Origin: an uncultured Lachnospiraceae bacterium | GTDB taxonomy: Bacteria > Bacillota > Clostridia > Lachnospirales > Lachnospiraceae | Reading direction: 5' to 3' | Length of the DNA: 64,000 bases | Assembly: GCA_944381535.1 (NCBI GenBank) | Contig: CALWLN010000214.1 | Span: 40,242 to 104,241 of the forward strand | In this document: one piece after another, positions 62,899 to 64,000 of the stretch | How positions within the stretch are numbered: the stretch's first letter is position 1 | Layout of the letters: every line of letters begins with the position of its first letter | Notes under the pieces: model-generated | What the model was told of the DNA's origin: nothing | Database searches by the model: none | What the model saw: the letters and a program-made list of their open reading frames with translations, nothing else | Translations under genes and position numbers: made by a program

Positions 62899-64000
62899 TC
62901 ACGCTCCTTCCCTTTGCGCTTCCCCGTACTGGGCCTGGTAGGTCTGATAATAGAGGCCCCGTTTCTCCATCAGCTGCTGATGGTTCCCCCGCTCCCGGAT
63001 GGTTCCATTTTCCAGGAACAAAATCTCGTCGGCCATCCGGACCGCGGAAATACGATGCGCAATGATAATTTTCGTAGTACCTCTCAATTCCTCTAAGGAT
63101 TTCTGTATCTTATATTCTGTCTCCATGTCCAGGGCAGACGTGGAATCGTCCAAAATCAAGATCGGGTTCTCCTTGGCAATCGCCCTGGCAATGCTGATAC
63201 GCTGCTTTTGGCCGCCGGAGAGCCCCACGCCCCGCTCGCCCACAACAGTGTCGTAACGCTCATTCATCTCCTCGATAAAGCCCTGGGCCTGGGCCAGAGC
63301 AGCCGCCTGCTCCATGGTTTCCCGGTCCAGGGTTTTCCGCTTGCCCATCCTGATATTTTCCTCAATGGTATCGGAGAAGAGAAACACATCCTGCATGACC
63401 GTGGAGATGCTGCCCCGCAGCTGCTTTAAGGTGAGCTTACGGACATCTGTGCCGTCCAGCTTCACAACGCCCTGATCGGCGTCAAAAAAACGGAGCAGCA
63501 GATTTACAATGGAGGTCTTGCCGGAGCCGGTGGCTCCCATAATGCCCAGGGTCTGCCCCGGCTTCATAGAGAAAGAGATATCCTTCAGAATCTCCTGCTC
63601 CCCTCTGGAAAAATACACATGCTCAAAGGCAACGGCCCCCTCCACTCTGGGCAGCGCCACCGGGTGCACTATTTCCGTGATGGAAGCCGACTCCCGGTAA
63701 ATTTTCTTAATTTTTTTATAGGAAGCAAAGGCCGTGGAGACGTCGTTGGTAAGCCAGCCCAGCATTTCCATGGGCCAGACAATGTTCCGGCAGTATTCCG
63801 CGAAAGCCACCAGGGCTCCCAGGGTCATTTCTCCCTTGAGCACCAGGCCGCCCCCAAGGATCACCATAGCTACCGGAAGCAGCTTCCCCACAAACTGAAA
63901 AATGGGATAATAGCGCACCAGCACCTTGGACTGGCGCATGTTCAAATCGTAATACCGCTTGTTGTGGGAGAGAAATTTCTGAATCTCAAATTTCTCCCGG
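62899..64000 (-). CDS. ABC exporter, fused permease/ATPase, partner subunit (5' end outside the window)
   Basis: NBD with GATGSGKTS, LSGGQKQR and ILILDDST. The frame stays open upstream of the TTG listed in the ORF track through to position 64000. Confidence 0.85.
   Translation of the reverse strand, partial: REKFEIQKFLSHNKRYYDLNMRQSKVLVRYYPIFQFVGKLLPVAMVILGGGLVLKGEMTLGALVAFAEYCRNIVWPMEMLGWLTNDVSTAFASYKKIKKIYRESASITEIVHPVALPRVEGAVAFEHVYFSRGEQEILKDISFSMKPGQTLGIMGATGSGKTSIVNLLLRFFDADQGVVKLDGTDVRKLTLKQLRGSISTVMQDVFLFSDTIEENIRMGKRKTLDRETMEQAAALAQAQGFIEEMNERYDTVVGERGVGLSGGQKQRISIARAIAKENPILILDDSTSALDMETEYKIQKSLEELRGTTKIIIAHRISAVRMADEILFLENGTIRERGNHQQLMEKRGLYYQTYQAQYGEAQREGA

Noticed and set aside
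1-64000. Search for CRISPR arrays, tRNA/rRNA genes, IS elements, integrases and in-frame-TGA selenoprotein genes
   Set aside because: I saw no regularly spaced repeats, tRNA-like cloverleaf ends, transposase or integrase motifs, or adjacent same-frame ORF pairs split by TGA. This was a visual scan only, so short elements could have been missed.

Overview
This 64-kb chromosomal segment looks like a moderately GC-rich Clostridia (Firmicutes) genome. The taxon is a low-confidence guess based on ytvI, the tig-clpP-clpX-lon-engB order, the lysine-fermentation genes and the SD sequences. From about 12.6 kb onward nearly everything is on the minus strand. I found no rRNA, tRNA, CRISPR array, transposase or integrase.

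Modules, left to right:
1. RNase H (partial) and a NYN/LOTUS protein.
2. A selenium-donor cluster: selD, DUF3343, yedF, yedE, divergent from a class-V desulfurase and a LysR gene.
3. A second LysR gene divergent from an 852-aa fusion of CoA-disulfide-reductase-like, rhodanese and siroheme-type sulfite-reductase-like/ferredoxin modules, followed directly by a BtuFCD/FecBCD-type importer.
4. A quinone oxidoreductase, AroD-like, SDR and AraC cassette.
5. A six-gene lysine-fermentation operon (kal-kce-kdd-kamA-kamD-kamE) behind a lysine riboswitch that appears wired as an ON switch.
6. Rubrerythrin, a GNAT remnant and two tandem NhaC-family paralogs.
7. An AgrC-type histidine kinase fused to an RsiV-like extracellular module, a LytTR regulator and a large GLUG-repeat secreted protein.
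8. A parvulin, ytvI, a P-loop protein and a MutS-domain-V ATPase.
9. znuABC, engB, lon, clpX, clpP and tig.
10. A polyamine operon (speA-speE-speB-CASDH-CASDC) behind a roughly 415-nt structured, terminated leader of unrecognised class.
11. A co-directional five-gene block of poorly characterised proteins, partly AT-rich (AAA+PD-(D/E)XK, DUF4886, a 342-aa helical protein, DUF4869, a 104-aa protein).
12. A CIRCE-controlled hsp20, two GNATs and a heterodimeric ABC exporter (the last gene is partial).

The best candidates for something new are the speA leader RNA, the kinase-RsiV fusion with its LytTR repeats, the tri-modular oxidoreductase beside the selenium genes, the DUF4869-containing block, and the ON-type lysine riboswitch with its unusual second terminator. 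All functional calls rest on motif recognition by eye. No database search was run.
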